From: Escherichia phage 04086
Sequence record: OR842557
Length of the DNA: 64,000 bases
Direction: 5' to 3' (one strand)
Shown: positions 41,101-50,564 of the stretch, in pieces
How positions within the stretch are numbered: the stretch's first letter is position 1
Layout of the letters: each line of letters opens with the position of its first letter
Position numbers and translations under genes: made by a program
Notes under the pieces: model-generated
What the model was told of the DNA's origin: nothing
Seen by the model: only the letters and a program-made list of their open reading frames with translations
The model's database searches: none

Positions 41101-42105
41101 ATGTTCAAGAAATATAGCAGTCTCGAAAACCACTACAACAATAAGTTTATCGAAAAACTCCGTACTAACGGTTTGACCACTGGTGAATGGGTAGCACGTG
41201 AGAAGATTCATGGAACCAACTTTAGTTTAATCATAGAACGTGACGCAGTCACATGCGCCAAGCGCACTGGCCCTATCCTCCCTGCTGAAGATTTCTATGG
41301 CTATGAAATTGTACTTAAGAACTATGCTGATTCTATTAAATCTGTTCAACATCTAATTGAATCGATTAATTACCAGTCATACCAGATTTATGGCGAATTC
41401 GCTGGGACAGGTATCCAGAAGAATGTGGACTACGGTGATAAAGACTTTTATGTGTTCGATATCCGAGTTACTAAGGAAGATGGTACTGAATCTGTTCTAA
41501 CCGATACATTGATGGAAGCATTCTGTATTATCCATAAGTTCAAGGTTGCCCCATGTCTGGCCACTGGTAGCTTTGAAGACCTTATTAAACTTCCTAATGA
41601 TTTTGATTCAGTTGTTCCTGATTATAATTTTGCAGTGGATAACGCAGGCTTAACTATTGCAAACTCAACTGATTTTATTCCTAAGGTTGAAGGTAAAGTA
41701 TTCACGGCCGAAGGCTTTGTACTGAAACCTGATGTTCCTACCTGGCTTCCAAACGGAAATCGTGTAGCGATTAAATGTAAGAACTCTAAATTCAGTGAAA
41801 AGAAAAAGTCTGATAAACCTATTAAGGCTGCAGTGGTATTGTCCCAAGACGATATGGATTTGATGTGGCAATTCACCGATTATGTGACTGTTAACCGCAT
41901 TAACAATGTCATCAGTAAGATTGGCGAAGTATCTAAAAAGGATTTTGGAAAGGTAATGGGCTTGACAGTCCAAGATATCTTAGAAGAAGCTGCCCGTGAA
42001 GAATTAGAATTAACCGATGCAGAAAATCCTGTTGAAGTTAAAAAGCAACTTGTTGAGTGTGTAAAAGATACCCTACGAGCCGTATGGATTGAATTAGTGT
42101 CGTAA
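41101..42105 (+). CDS. rnlB: RNA ligase 2
   Basis: 334 aa; N-terminus [19 protein letters not shown]...[37 protein letters not shown] matches T4 Rnl2 (lysine nucleotidyltransferase motif KIHG). Confidence 0.9.
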   Translation: MFKKYSSLENHYNNKFIEKLRTNGLTTGEWVAREKIHGTNFSLIIERDAVTCAKRTGPILPAEDFYGYEIVLKNYADSIKSVQHLIESINYQSYQIYGEFAGTGIQKNVDYGDKDFYVFDIRVTKEDGTESVLTDTLMEAFCIIHKFKVAPCLATGSFEDLIKLPNDFDSVVPDYNFAVDNAGLTIANSTDFIPKVEGKVFTAEGFVLKPDVPTWLPNGNRVAIKCKNSKFSEKKKSDKPIKAAVVLSQDDMDLMWQFTDYVTVNRINNVISKIGEVSKKDFGKVMGLTVQDILEEAAREELELTDAENPVEVKKQLVECVKDTLRAVWIELVS

Positions 42106-42110
42106 GACGA

Positions 42111-42137
42111 CAAAGGGACCTCACGGTCCCTTTTTGT
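42111..42137. terminator. Bidirectional terminator (AAAGGGACC-UCAC-GGUCCCUUU) between rnlB (+) and gene 24 (-)
   Basis: 9-bp stem with A tract 5' and U tract 3', functional on either strand. Confidence 0.75.
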
Positions 42138-43417
42138 TAGTTTAATTCAGTCAAAACTTTAGGAAGTTTCACACCAAGCAATACAGACATATCAGAACGT
42201 CCAGCCATCAAATCCATATTAGTCGCATCAATAATACGGGCTTGTTTATCATCAGCAGTAACCGTATAAGGGTTAGCAGCCAGTGCATAACGAACCATTA
42301 ATGCAATAGATGGTTGCAGGCTTTCAGGGTCAACGACCACTTTAAATGTACCTACATGTTCAGGGTCAGCCAAATCAAGGCCTTCTGTATACGGCGCATA
42401 GAACAAAGAACCTACTGCTTCTTTCCCACCAAATTCCTCTTTAACACCTACAGTAACATAATCAATTGGCGTGTTGGTATCACAATACAGAGGCAAACCA
42501 TTTTCCAGGAATCCGTATGCACTTGCAGAAAGATATTTGTCATTCTGTGGGGTATGTCTCAACCATCCGGAACCAGCCAGAACAGCAGCTACACGAGTAC
42601 TCGCTACTACATAAGTTGCCGTATAAGAGGTTGCGCGCTGGATATGAGAAACCATTTCACACACCAATTCATAAAGCTTGCGAGAAGCTTCCGGTGAGTT
42701 AGCATAACTCAGGTCAATTAAGCCATCATCACACAAACCTTCAACTTTATAACGCTTGGAAACCGTAACCAGGGACTGAAGAATATCTTTGTTGATTTCA
42801 TCAGCCATTTCAGTAGCCAGGAGGTCTTCCAAGAAATTAGGGGCATCGAAACCATTTGCTTCTAGGTCTTGAGCCAGTTCTACAGTAACAGTACTCTTCA
42901 ACTTACGGGATTTAACCGGAGCGTTCCATTTATTAACGATGAATCTGGCTTCAGAGATATCTACTTCTTGAGGACCTTCAAAACGCTCAGTCAGTGCGGC
43001 TTCGGACATAATACGGATAGTCAACTTAACAATAGCTTCTTGAAGTTGTTCGTATTCATCACCAGTAGCACCGGCAAATGGTGATGCTACCAAAGCTTTA
43101 TAAACCACGTTTTCAAATTGGAACAAATCATCTTTAGCATAAACAGCACCTGCAGTGAAAACCGGGATAGTGGCACGGTCTTTAGCGGATACTGCGCCTG
43201 AATAAGTAGCACCCGTCTGGAAAGATAATTCGTCTTTTTCTGTAAGATATTTGATACCATATAGAGCAGCCAAAGGTTGGTTAGTACGCTGCTGAGCTAC
43301 AAGGTCGGTATAAACAAGTTTGGTCGTAGCTCTGGTTAAAGCTACTAAATTTGGACGACCAATCGAAGAACTCGAAGTAATGGTCGACTCTTTTAAAAGG
43401 TCGTTAATTTTAGCCAT
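42137..43417 (-). CDS. 24: Capsid vertex protein Gp24
   Basis: 426 aa; N-terminus MAKINDLLKESTITSSSSIGRPNLVALTRATTKLVYTDLVAQQRTNQP and C-terminal region match T4 gp24. Confidence 0.9.
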   Translation of the reverse strand: MAKINDLLKESTITSSSSIGRPNLVALTRATTKLVYTDLVAQQRTNQPLAALYGIKYLTEKDELSFQTGATYSGAVSAKDRATIPVFTAGAVYAKDDLFQFENVVYKALVASPFAGATGDEYEQLQEAIVKLTIRIMSEAALTERFEGPQEVDISEARFIVNKWNAPVKSRKLKSTVTVELAQDLEANGFDAPNFLEDLLATEMADEINKDILQSLVTVSKRYKVEGLCDDGLIDLSYANSPEASRKLYELVCEMVSHIQRATSYTATYVVASTRVAAVLAGSGWLRHTPQNDKYLSASAYGFLENGLPLYCDTNTPIDYVTVGVKEEFGGKEAVGSLFYAPYTEGLDLADPEHVGTFKVVVDPESLQPSIALMVRYALAANPYTVTADDKQARIIDATNMDLMAGRSDMSVLLGVKLPKVLTELN

Positions 43418-43456
43418 TGCTATTTTCCTTATTGAGAATATAATTTTATTTATAAA

Positions 43457-43464
43457 AGTGGTTT
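43457..43464 (-). promoter_or_regulatory. Late promoter TATAAATA (minus strand) upstream of gene 24
   Basis: tatttata on + strand 40 nt upstream of gene 24 ATG. Confidence 0.55.
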
Positions 43465-43471
43465 ACACACA

Positions 43472-43500
43472 AAAAGCGTCGTGTTACTATAGACCTATCA
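43472..43500 (+). promoter_or_regulatory. T4-type early promoter (GTTTACA, 17 nt, TACTAT) followed by catgaggag RBS module
   Basis: Near-consensus motifs upstream of 43520 ORF. Confidence 0.65.
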
Positions 43501-43519
43501 AAACATGAGGAGATTAAAA

Positions 43520-43786
43520 ATGAACAAATTAAACTTTATCCGTACTACACTTTCTAACCTTGACAAAGACATCAAAGCTCTGGTAGAAAAATTCGGTACC
43601 AATCCTAACGGTAATGCAGTTAATGCATTGGTTAAGAAATACGAAGCCCTGGCTTATGAAACCGACTTCTGGTGGAACGGTGAATACTCTACCCATACCA
43701 AAGACAAATCTGGTAACTGGCTGAAAATCCAAGAAAATCGTATTGACTTCCGTGATATCATCAACCGTCGAGTTAAAGCGGAGTAA
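43520..43786 (+). CDS. Hypothetical protein (88 aa)
   Basis: ATG 43520 with GAGGAG RBS. Confidence 0.5.
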   Translation: MNKLNFIRTTLSNLDKDIKALVEKFGTNPNGNAVNALVKKYEALAYETDFWWNGEYSTHTKDKSGNWLKIQENRIDFRDIINRRVKAE

Positions 43787-43789
43787 AAT

Positions 43790-44461
43790 ATGAATTATTT
43801 AATTTACAAAATAACCAATCTCGTTAATAACAAGATTTATGTAGGAGCCCATGCCACTACAGATGTTAATGATTCTTATATGGGCTCCGGAGTTAACATA
43901 GTAAAATCCATAAAGAAATACGGTTTAGAGAATTTTAAAAAGGAAATCCTTTTCAATTTCGAAACATCTGAAGAGATGTATGCTAAGGAAGCCGAACTAG
44001 TTGACGAGGCTTTTGTCATGAGAACGGATACTTATAATGCAGCCTTAGGCGGCAAGGGTAATCCTGTTATAGTAGCTTTACAGGAACCTGGGTATCGTGA
44101 GATGTTATCCGAAAAGACCAAGGCAGGTATGACTGAGAAAGTAAAGGCCCATATTTCAAAAATGAAAAAAGGTGTAAAACAATCACCTGAGCTTATTGAA
44201 AATAAACGAATCGGTAATTTAAAATTTTACAAAGAAAACGGTTCAAGACTTAAAGGTAGAAAATTATCAGAAGAACATAAGGCCCGTATAAAGGCTAATT
44301 CCAATAAAGGCAAAAAATTTGTATTTGTTGATATAATGATTAAAGGCCGTAGATTTGATAGATACGAAAATGCAGCGAACTACTTTGGAGTAAGTGGTAA
44401 AACAATACGTAACTGGATTAAAGAAACCAGGCCACAATTTGCTGATTGTTATAAGTTATAG
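43790..44461 (+). CDS. GIY-YIG homing endonuclease-like protein (segD-like position between 24 and 23)
   Basis: N-terminal YLIYKITNLVNNKIYVGAH....YMGSG GIY-YIG module; basic C-terminal DNA-binding-like region. Confidence 0.7.
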   Translation: MNYLIYKITNLVNNKIYVGAHATTDVNDSYMGSGVNIVKSIKKYGLENFKKEILFNFETSEEMYAKEAELVDEAFVMRTDTYNAALGGKGNPVIVALQEPGYREMLSEKTKAGMTEKVKAHISKMKKGVKQSPELIENKRIGNLKFYKENGSRLKGRKLSEEHKARIKANSNKGKKFVFVDIMIKGRRFDRYENAANYFGVSGKTIRNWIKETRPQFADCYKL

Positions 44462-44471
44462 AAACAAGAAT

Positions 44472-44489
44472 GGGAGACCGAAGTCTCCC
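44472..44489. terminator. Hairpin GGGAGAC-CGAA-GUCUCCC between convergent segD-like (+) and gene 23 (-)
   Basis: 7-bp stem; flanking A/T-rich sequence but no clean U tract. Confidence 0.5.
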
Positions 44490-44520
44490 AAATAATTTTA
44501 AGAATTAATAACTTATGTTA

Positions 44521-46080
44521 TCAAATTCCTTTGACATAAACCCGACGAAAATAACCATTCAGACCAAGGCTGTTAACGATGTCAGGCATACCGCTCTGAA
44601 TACGTTTGGTAGGAGCCTGTGCAGACGGGTCAGCGAACGGGTTGATACCGATACCGTAACGAGTTTTGAAGCCCATTACCGGTTGGAAGTTCTTCGGATC
44701 GGAACCACGCAGCGGGGTCAGTGCAACGTACGGAGCATAGTAGATACCTGCGTCCATTTCGTTAGCGCCTTTATAACCGATGGTGAAGTAATCGGAACGT
44801 GCATACTGGTCGATGTAAACGCGATATTTACCACCAAGAACACCGGCAAATACTGCTTTGGTTGTGTCAACGTTGAAACCTTGACCCAGACCTTGAGCTG
44901 CATAACTTACAGAAGTATCAACTGCAGCCAGTACGTTAACTACGTTACGGGAAGCGATGATGAAGTTACCAGCACCACGACCGGTCTGACGAGCGATTTC
45001 GGCTGCTTCTTTATCAATCTGGAACAGAAGGGCTTTAAAGCTCTCACCGGCCCAACGAGCACCACGGATATCAATCGGGTCCTGGAAGTCAAACACACCA
45101 GCTTTAGCGCCAACGGTGTTGGTCATACCAGATTTACCAACCTGTGCAGAGTAGTTAATCCAATCGATAACTTCACGGTTGATTTCGAGCATAATTTCGG
45201 TAGCAAGGATACCGGACAGTTCAGCATCTGCATCCATACCGTGTACTGCACGAAGGTCCTGTGCCAGTTCGATAGAGTAGCTTGCTTTCAGCTGACGGGA
45301 TTTAGCTTCGATAACTTGTTTGTCGATGCGGAAGCCCATTTCGTTCCACGGGTTATCCTGGGAACCGTTAAAACCTTCCTGAAGTTCGGCGATAGAAGTA
45401 GCCATACCTTCAGCCAATTCAGCCAACTTACCAGCTTCAATCAAAGCGGTAACAGCAGCATCCAGTTTAGCGGCATCGGTAGCAGCAGAATCAACGGTTA
45501 CAGCTTCAACAGCCTGGAAGTGTGCAGCACCGGTAGCTTCGAAGAAGTGGGAATAAATTTTACCAACTTCCAGAACTTTGCTTGCAGCCAGTGCTTCGAA
45601 AGATTTAGCAGCACCCTGACCAGAGAACATAGCGTCCGGAGAATACATCGGATGGAAAGCTTCTTTAGCGCCAGCAGCGATAGGGTCTTTACCATAAACT
45701 GCGCGCAGGGCAAATACCTGGCCGGTAGGGTTATTCAGAGGCTGAACACCACAAATATCAAAAGCAATCAGATGAGGAATAGCACGACGAACCATACCCA
45801 TTACTGCCGGCCCAATCTGAGTTACAGCACCAGAAGTCTGGCCGGCTGCGATATTGGTAGCATCATAACCGTGGTCACCACCAATTTCAGCTTCGGTCAA
45901 GAAAGAACCAAATGCTTCGGAGATTTTTTCATCACGGTATTCCGGGGCAGTCAGGATGTCTTGTTCCTGGTTTTCGAAAATTTTAGCGATGATAGCTTGT
46001 TTAGAAGCACCCACGATTTCAGGAAGGGCTTCGTTTTCCAGCAGAGCGGACCATTTTTGAACTAATGCATTCTTTTTCAT
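44521..46080 (-). CDS. 23: Major capsid protein Gp23
   Basis: 519 aa; near-collinear with T4 gp23 (..FGSFLTEAEIGGDHGY.ATNIAAGQTSGAVTQIGPAVMGMVRRAIP.LIAFDICGVQP...RYGIGINPFA). Confidence 0.95.
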   Translation of the reverse strand: MKKNALVQKWSALLENEALPEIVGASKQAIIAKIFENQEQDILTAPEYRDEKISEAFGSFLTEAEIGGDHGYDATNIAAGQTSGAVTQIGPAVMGMVRRAIPHLIAFDICGVQPLNNPTGQVFALRAVYGKDPIAAGAKEAFHPMYSPDAMFSGQGAAKSFEALAASKVLEVGKIYSHFFEATGAAHFQAVEAVTVDSAATDAAKLDAAVTALIEAGKLAELAEGMATSIAELQEGFNGSQDNPWNEMGFRIDKQVIEAKSRQLKASYSIELAQDLRAVHGMDADAELSGILATEIMLEINREVIDWINYSAQVGKSGMTNTVGAKAGVFDFQDPIDIRGARWAGESFKALLFQIDKEAAEIARQTGRGAGNFIIASRNVVNVLAAVDTSVSYAAQGLGQGFNVDTTKAVFAGVLGGKYRVYIDQYARSDYFTIGYKGANEMDAGIYYAPYVALTPLRGSDPKNFQPVMGFKTRYGIGINPFADPSAQAPTKRIQSGMPDIVNSLGLNGYFRRVYVKGI

Positions 46081-46101
46081 GTGTTGTATAACCTTATTAA
46101 A

Positions 46102-46917
46102 TTAAGAAATTCGTGATGCTGCGATTGCAGACAGGTCCGCGAAGGACAGGGTAGGCTTAGAGCCTTTTTCTTCAACTGCTTCTGAAATGTAATTCAGGGC
46201 CGCAGCATCGTCTACATTTTTATTTATAGCGGCTTCGGTGATTGGGTTTTCAACGTCAGACTGACCTTTAACCATTTCAACAATAGCGCCAATTTTTTTA
46301 CCGAATGCATCGGAATAATCCATGCCTTCTACCAGAGAACTAACTTTTTCTTTTTGGGATTCAGTCAGGTCTTTAGTTGCTTCTGTAACAGCAACTTCAC
46401 GCTGTACGTAATTAATATACGCATCGCGCTTACCAACTTCTTCGAACAGACGAGCGGTTTCATCTTTCTGCTCTTGGAGCTCTTCTTCCATTTCAGCGAC
46501 AACATCTACTGCTTCTTCTGGAACAACCACATTGTGTTCAACAAACAGTTCTTTCATACCCATCAACATGGATTCGAACAGTTCGGCTTTAATACCTTTA
46601 TCAACAGCCAGCTGGTTTTCAGCCATCCATTCTTTAGCAACGTGGTCAAGGAAACGACCGGCAGCTTCTTGGATTTTCTTATCGGCTTTTTCTTCAGCTT
46701 CTTCTTTATTTTTCTCGACTTCTTCTTCCGCTTTTTCAGCGATTTTAGCGATGTGAGATTCAGCCAGTTTCACGGCGTGTTGCTTGACGGTAGCTTCGAA
46801 TACAGTGCCGAAAGTTTCTTTTGCTTCCGGAGAAATATTAACTGATTCGAAAATACTGTCAAGAGCAACGGAAGCATCAATATTCTGTGCTTCGGCGATC
46901 AGTTGTTCTTTAAGCAT
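46102..46917 (-). CDS. 22: Prohead core scaffold protein Gp22
   Basis: 271 aa; acidic coiled-coil protein matching T4 gp22 (MLKEQLIAEAQ.IDASVALDSIFESVNISPEAKETFGTVFEATVKQHAVKLAESHIAKIAEKAEEEVEKNKEEAEEKA). Confidence 0.85.
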   Translation of the reverse strand: MLKEQLIAEAQNIDASVALDSIFESVNISPEAKETFGTVFEATVKQHAVKLAESHIAKIAEKAEEEVEKNKEEAEEKADKKIQEAAGRFLDHVAKEWMAENQLAVDKGIKAELFESMLMGMKELFVEHNVVVPEEAVDVVAEMEEELQEQKDETARLFEEVGKRDAYINYVQREVAVTEATKDLTESQKEKVSSLVEGMDYSDAFGKKIGAIVEMVKGQSDVENPITEAAINKNVDDAAALNYISEAVEEKGSKPTLSFADLSAIAASRIS

Positions 46918-46944
46918 TTTGTAGTCCTGTTGTTTAGATAATAA

Positions 46945-46952
46945 TATTTATA
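46945..46952 (-). promoter_or_regulatory. Late promoter TATAAATA (minus strand) upstream of gene 22
   Basis: tatttata on + strand 28 nt upstream of gene 22 ATG. Confidence 0.55.
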
Positions 46953-47583
46953 ACGCTTTTTTCATGGCCTCTGCGAGAGCCATAAAGGCGTCATCGGCAC
47001 TGGTATCGGTTTCTACCGTTTGTGATTCTGTAATTTGCTTTGGAGTTACATAAGCATCAGGAGCAGATGGTCCCCATACTGCATCAACACCGACGGTTAA
47101 TTTATAACCTTCATTTACACGCTTATATCCTTTGTTGGTTTCGGTTAAAGAACCAAGACCACGAGAACTAACACCAGGAACCCAACCCGCTCGAATATTT
47201 GCGGCTAGTTTATCACCCGGGCCATGGTCACCTTCGATGATACGTGCACGTCCATAAACATCATTACCTTTCCACCACATATCTTCAATAATGATAGCAG
47301 CTTGCATAGGGTCAACGTTAGCACGAGGTGGATGGTTTAATTCTCCTAAAGCTTGTTTAGTAGCAACCTGTTCTGCCATATAATCAGAAACGGCTTTTTC
47401 CAAAATAGGTTTTGGGTAAAGGCGTTTATTACGGTTAACTACCTCTGCTTGCATGAAAATGCCTTCTATATAAAGGCCGGGAGCAAGCCCAGAATTTTTT
47501 CCATCATGAGATTCCAACATAGGAACCCCATCGATAATTTCACCTGGTTGTCCCCAATGTTCGATGAGCAATTCAGGTTTCAT
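46948..47583 (-). CDS. 21: Prohead core protease Gp21
   Basis: 211 aa; matches T4 gp21 (PGEIIDGVPMLESHDGK..GL.PGLYIEGIFMQAEVVNRNKRLYPK.ILEKAV.DY). Confidence 0.9.
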   Translation of the reverse strand: MKPELLIEHWGQPGEIIDGVPMLESHDGKNSGLAPGLYIEGIFMQAEVVNRNKRLYPKPILEKAVSDYMAEQVATKQALGELNHPPRANVDPMQAAIIIEDMWWKGNDVYGRARIIEGDHGPGDKLAANIRAGWVPGVSSRGLGSLTETNKGYKRVNEGYKLTVGVDAVWGPSAPDAYVTPKQITESQTVETDTSADDAFMALAEAMKKAL

Positions 47584-48011
47584 TAGTTAAGTCCAAAAGC
47601 TTTACGTTTAGAACGGGCTTTCTTACGCTTACGTTCGGCACGTACTTGAGTAGACGGGTTAGCACGTTTGGTTTTAGATGCTTTACGAGCAATCTGACGG
47701 CGTTTTGCTTTAGATAAACCTGTCGTTTGGAATGCGTTACGTTGACGGGTTTTAATATCTTTAGTACGAGTAAGCACACCTTTAGAGGAAACGTGTTTAA
47801 CGATAAATTCGTTAAGAGCCATTGATTCATTTAAAGAACCAAGAGCGATAGCACATTCGATATCGCCTTCAGCAATCATGTTCTCTACAAGATTATTTAT
47901 ATCGCTTTTCTCGAGCGCTTCAGAAAGAGCAGCAAAACGTCCCTGTGCTTCTGGAATTTTGGCCTCTACGCTTTCTAGAGTTAATTCGTAATCATCAGGG
48001 ATAAGGAACAT
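47583..48011 (-). CDS. 68: Prohead core protein Gp68
   Basis: 142 aa; position between 21 and 67; basic C-terminus. Confidence 0.65.
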   Translation of the reverse strand: MFLIPDDYELTLESVEAKIPEAQGRFAALSEALEKSDINNLVENMIAEGDIECAIALGSLNESMALNEFIVKHVSSKGVLTRTKDIKTRQRNAFQTTGLSKAKRRQIARKASKTKRANPSTQVRAERKRKKARSKRKAFGLN

Positions 48012-48256
48012 TATTCGTCGTCCTCGTCGTCATCCGCATCGTCAGATTCTTTTTTGTCTTTCTTATCTGCTTTATCGGATTTTTCGTCGTCTTCGTCATC
48101 TTCGTCAGCTTCTTCGCCTTCAATCATAACGGAGCGAGCAATTTCTGCTTTACGGGCTTCAATCAAAGCGGTTACTCGAGATTCGATAAGCGGGGCTGCT
48201 GCTTTACGAACTGCTACGAGGTCGTTTGATTTAATAGCTTCGATTAAATCTTCCAT
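48011..48256 (-). CDS. 67: Prohead core protein Gp67
   Basis: 81 aa with highly acidic C-terminus ([31 protein letters not shown]); position as T4 gene 67. Confidence 0.65.
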   Translation of the reverse strand: MEDLIEAIKSNDLVAVRKAAAPLIESRVTALIEARKAEIARSVMIEGEEADEDDEDDEKSDKADKKDKKESDDADDDEDDE

Positions 48257-49830
48257 TAGAAATCCTCTTCTTCTTCATCTGGGTTTTGGAAACGAGCCTC
48301 TTTAGACTCTTCTTCAATTTGCTTAGCTTCTTGATTAATTTCTTCGTCGGTCATTTGGAGGAAATCTTTCATAGCCGTTTGATGTGAAATGTACTTACCA
48401 ATAAATGGTTCAGCCATCGTTAGCATATTGATTCTGCGTTCCATGATTTCAGCATCTTTCATTTCACTGAAATAGCTATCACGGTTAAACGTAACTTTAA
48501 TATTATTTATTTCCTTTTCCCACTCATCTTCTGTAATAATCTTTTTAAGAATGAGGTTTGTTTTTAACGGGTCTAGGAAAATTTCTTCAAATTTGTTTTG
48601 TAGTTGACGAATCCATTTAGAGAATTTTAATTCGTCACGAGTGATTGCTGTACCGGCATCAAACATAACACCAGAATTAGACTCGCTAGGGATACGTGAT
48701 TCAGGAACACGCAACGCACGGTAAAGTGCTGTGCGGAAATAAAGAACGTCATCCATATCACTCATACCAGTAGCACCTGGCATTGTATCAACTTCTGTTA
48801 CCGCTTTACCATCACGACGTTGCAACCAATAGTCTTCAGTCATGGACATATTGTGTTGTTGGTTTTTAATTTTACCCGTCGAAGCATCATACACCACACG
48901 GTTTTTCATCGTGTTCATGATATGTTGCATTTGTGCTGCAGCCTTACGTGAAGGCATATTACCTGTATCGATATAAAACACACGACGGTCAGGAGCACGT
49001 GTAATACGGTAGATGACCATTGCGTCTTCCATCAATTTAAGCTGGTTTGCAGGCTTAATAGCACGTTGCAAATAGCCAATGATGTTTTTACCACAACAAT
49101 CTAATAATCCTGAATGGGCATAAACCACAGCAGCACGAGGAATTTTAACTTTAGTCCCGGCTGAATAAATGCGTCCATCTGCGCAATAGCTTTCATGACC
49201 TGTGTCGTAAACGAAAAACTCGCGATATCCGTCTACAACTTTAACACCATCTTCCATACGTGTAACGATTTCACGAATATATTGGACTTGGCGTGGGTCT
49301 AAGCGACGAAGCTCTTGTACGCCATCTTTCATTTTTTTAGGGTTTATAATTTTATGAAAGAAAATTCTTGAGTCTACATACCAGCGTTGGAAATGGTCAG
49401 TGCCTTTACGTTGGAAATTTAAAAGGTTTAAAACTTCACTGAATTCGGCCAAGATTTTATCTTTAATTGCTTGACTAAATTCTGTCCCGTCTAAGTTCAA
49501 TGCAACTACTTCTTTATCATCCTCATAGACAATAGCGTCAGACACAATTTCCTGTACGGCGTTGTCGACTTCATAGTTGTTCATTAAATTACGGTAGGTA
49601 TCAATAAGTTCCCTGGTATTTTTAACTTCAGGCTCATTACTACCAAACATCTGTTGCATAAGAGCATTATAAGGAATATTTTGCTCTTGTGTCTCAATTT
49701 CGCGAGCGCCATCATCAAGCTTAGGTGCGGTGACAGACTCTAAATTGTTATTAATTTGTTGTTTATATTCTTTTTCGTCTTCATTAGCCCATGGCTTAAG
49801 AAAACTTAATATTGTATTAAAGTTTGCCAT
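48256..49830 (-). CDS. 20: Portal vertex protein Gp20
   Basis: 524 aa (same as T4 gp20); synteny; start preceded by GGAGA RBS. Confidence 0.85.
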   Translation of the reverse strand: MANFNTILSFLKPWANEDEKEYKQQINNNLESVTAPKLDDGAREIETQEQNIPYNALMQQMFGSNEPEVKNTRELIDTYRNLMNNYEVDNAVQEIVSDAIVYEDDKEVVALNLDGTEFSQAIKDKILAEFSEVLNLLNFQRKGTDHFQRWYVDSRIFFHKIINPKKMKDGVQELRRLDPRQVQYIREIVTRMEDGVKVVDGYREFFVYDTGHESYCADGRIYSAGTKVKIPRAAVVYAHSGLLDCCGKNIIGYLQRAIKPANQLKLMEDAMVIYRITRAPDRRVFYIDTGNMPSRKAAAQMQHIMNTMKNRVVYDASTGKIKNQQHNMSMTEDYWLQRRDGKAVTEVDTMPGATGMSDMDDVLYFRTALYRALRVPESRIPSESNSGVMFDAGTAITRDELKFSKWIRQLQNKFEEIFLDPLKTNLILKKIITEDEWEKEINNIKVTFNRDSYFSEMKDAEIMERRINMLTMAEPFIGKYISHQTAMKDFLQMTDEEINQEAKQIEEESKEARFQNPDEEEEDF

Positions 49831-49878
49831 TAGAGTCTCCGATGAATGGGATAAGGAGCCGAAGCTCCTTGATAATTC

Positions 49879-49886
49879 TATTTATA
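49879..49886 (-). promoter_or_regulatory. Late promoter TATAAATA (minus strand) upstream of gene 20
   Basis: tatttata on + strand between gene 19 stop and gene 20 start; followed by hairpin AAGGAGC-UUCG-GCUCCUU in the leader. Confidence 0.55.
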
Positions 49887-49887
49887 C

Positions 49888-50379
49888 TCATTCCCACCAA
49901 TCGATAGCGAACGTACTTTCAAACGTTTCAACTTCGTTGTTCGAATCCCAATCCATCTGGACTTCACCAACGTTAGTAGGCCATAAGCCGTAAATTGTAA
50001 CTTCTTTGGTCACAGTCTTGCCGTCACGATGGAACTGGCGAACTACTGCTTGTTTCTTATATTCTGCAGGTGCTGCACCGGTAATTTCATTGGTCATACC
50101 ATGACAGAGATTCTGCCAATCAACAATTGCTTGACGAGTGTCATGTGCATCATCGTTATAAATGGTAATGGTCCAATCATCAAACGTACGGTCACCAGCT
50201 ACGTTAATTTTACGGTTCATGTAGCCAACCGGTACTTTTTCTACAATGCCTGCTGGCATAGGTGCTGCTTTACATTTAAAGCTAAAGTTTTTACCAAGAA
50301 ATGGAATTTCCACTTCGAAAAGGTTAGGGCGTGCAAAGTCACCTGACTCAAATGCACGAGTGATATCTGTCAACTCCAT
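49888..50379 (-). CDS. 19: Tail tube protein Gp19
   Basis: 164 aa from MELTDITRAFESGDFARPNLFEVEI; matches T4 gp19; GAGG RBS. Confidence 0.9.
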   Translation of the reverse strand: MELTDITRAFESGDFARPNLFEVEIPFLGKNFSFKCKAAPMPAGIVEKVPVGYMNRKINVAGDRTFDDWTITIYNDDAHDTRQAIVDWQNLCHGMTNEITGAAPAEYKKQAVVRQFHRDGKTVTKEVTIYGLWPTNVGEVQMDWDSNNEVETFESTFAIDWWE

Positions 50380-50431
50380 GGGATGCCTCATAAGCCAGTT
50401 CCTGGACACACCAGGAACGTTCTGATTAATT

Positions 50432-50439
50432 TATTTATA
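50432..50439 (-). promoter_or_regulatory. Late promoter TATAAATA (minus strand) upstream of gene 19
   Basis: tatttata on + strand; followed in leader by hairpin CGUUCCUGG-UGUGU-CCAGGAACU. Confidence 0.55.
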
Positions 50440-50564
50440 ACAGTTGATAAATCATATTCCTAAAGAATAATCAATCCCAGGCGCAATTCTACGTGATGTA
50501 CGCTGTAACCAAACTCATGGTATAATGGTTTTAGGTTCTTTATATTACAGCCTGGGATAATAGA

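Noticed and set aside
44515-46065. 516-aa ORF on the + strand spanning gene 23
   Set aside because: Antisense to the major capsid gene, whose minus-strand product matches T4 gp23 nearly residue for residue; the antisense translation is low-complexity and has no start context.
46354-46845. 163-aa + strand ORF inside gene 22
   Set aside because: Antisense to gp22 (acidic, repetitive codons give Phe-rich reverse frame).
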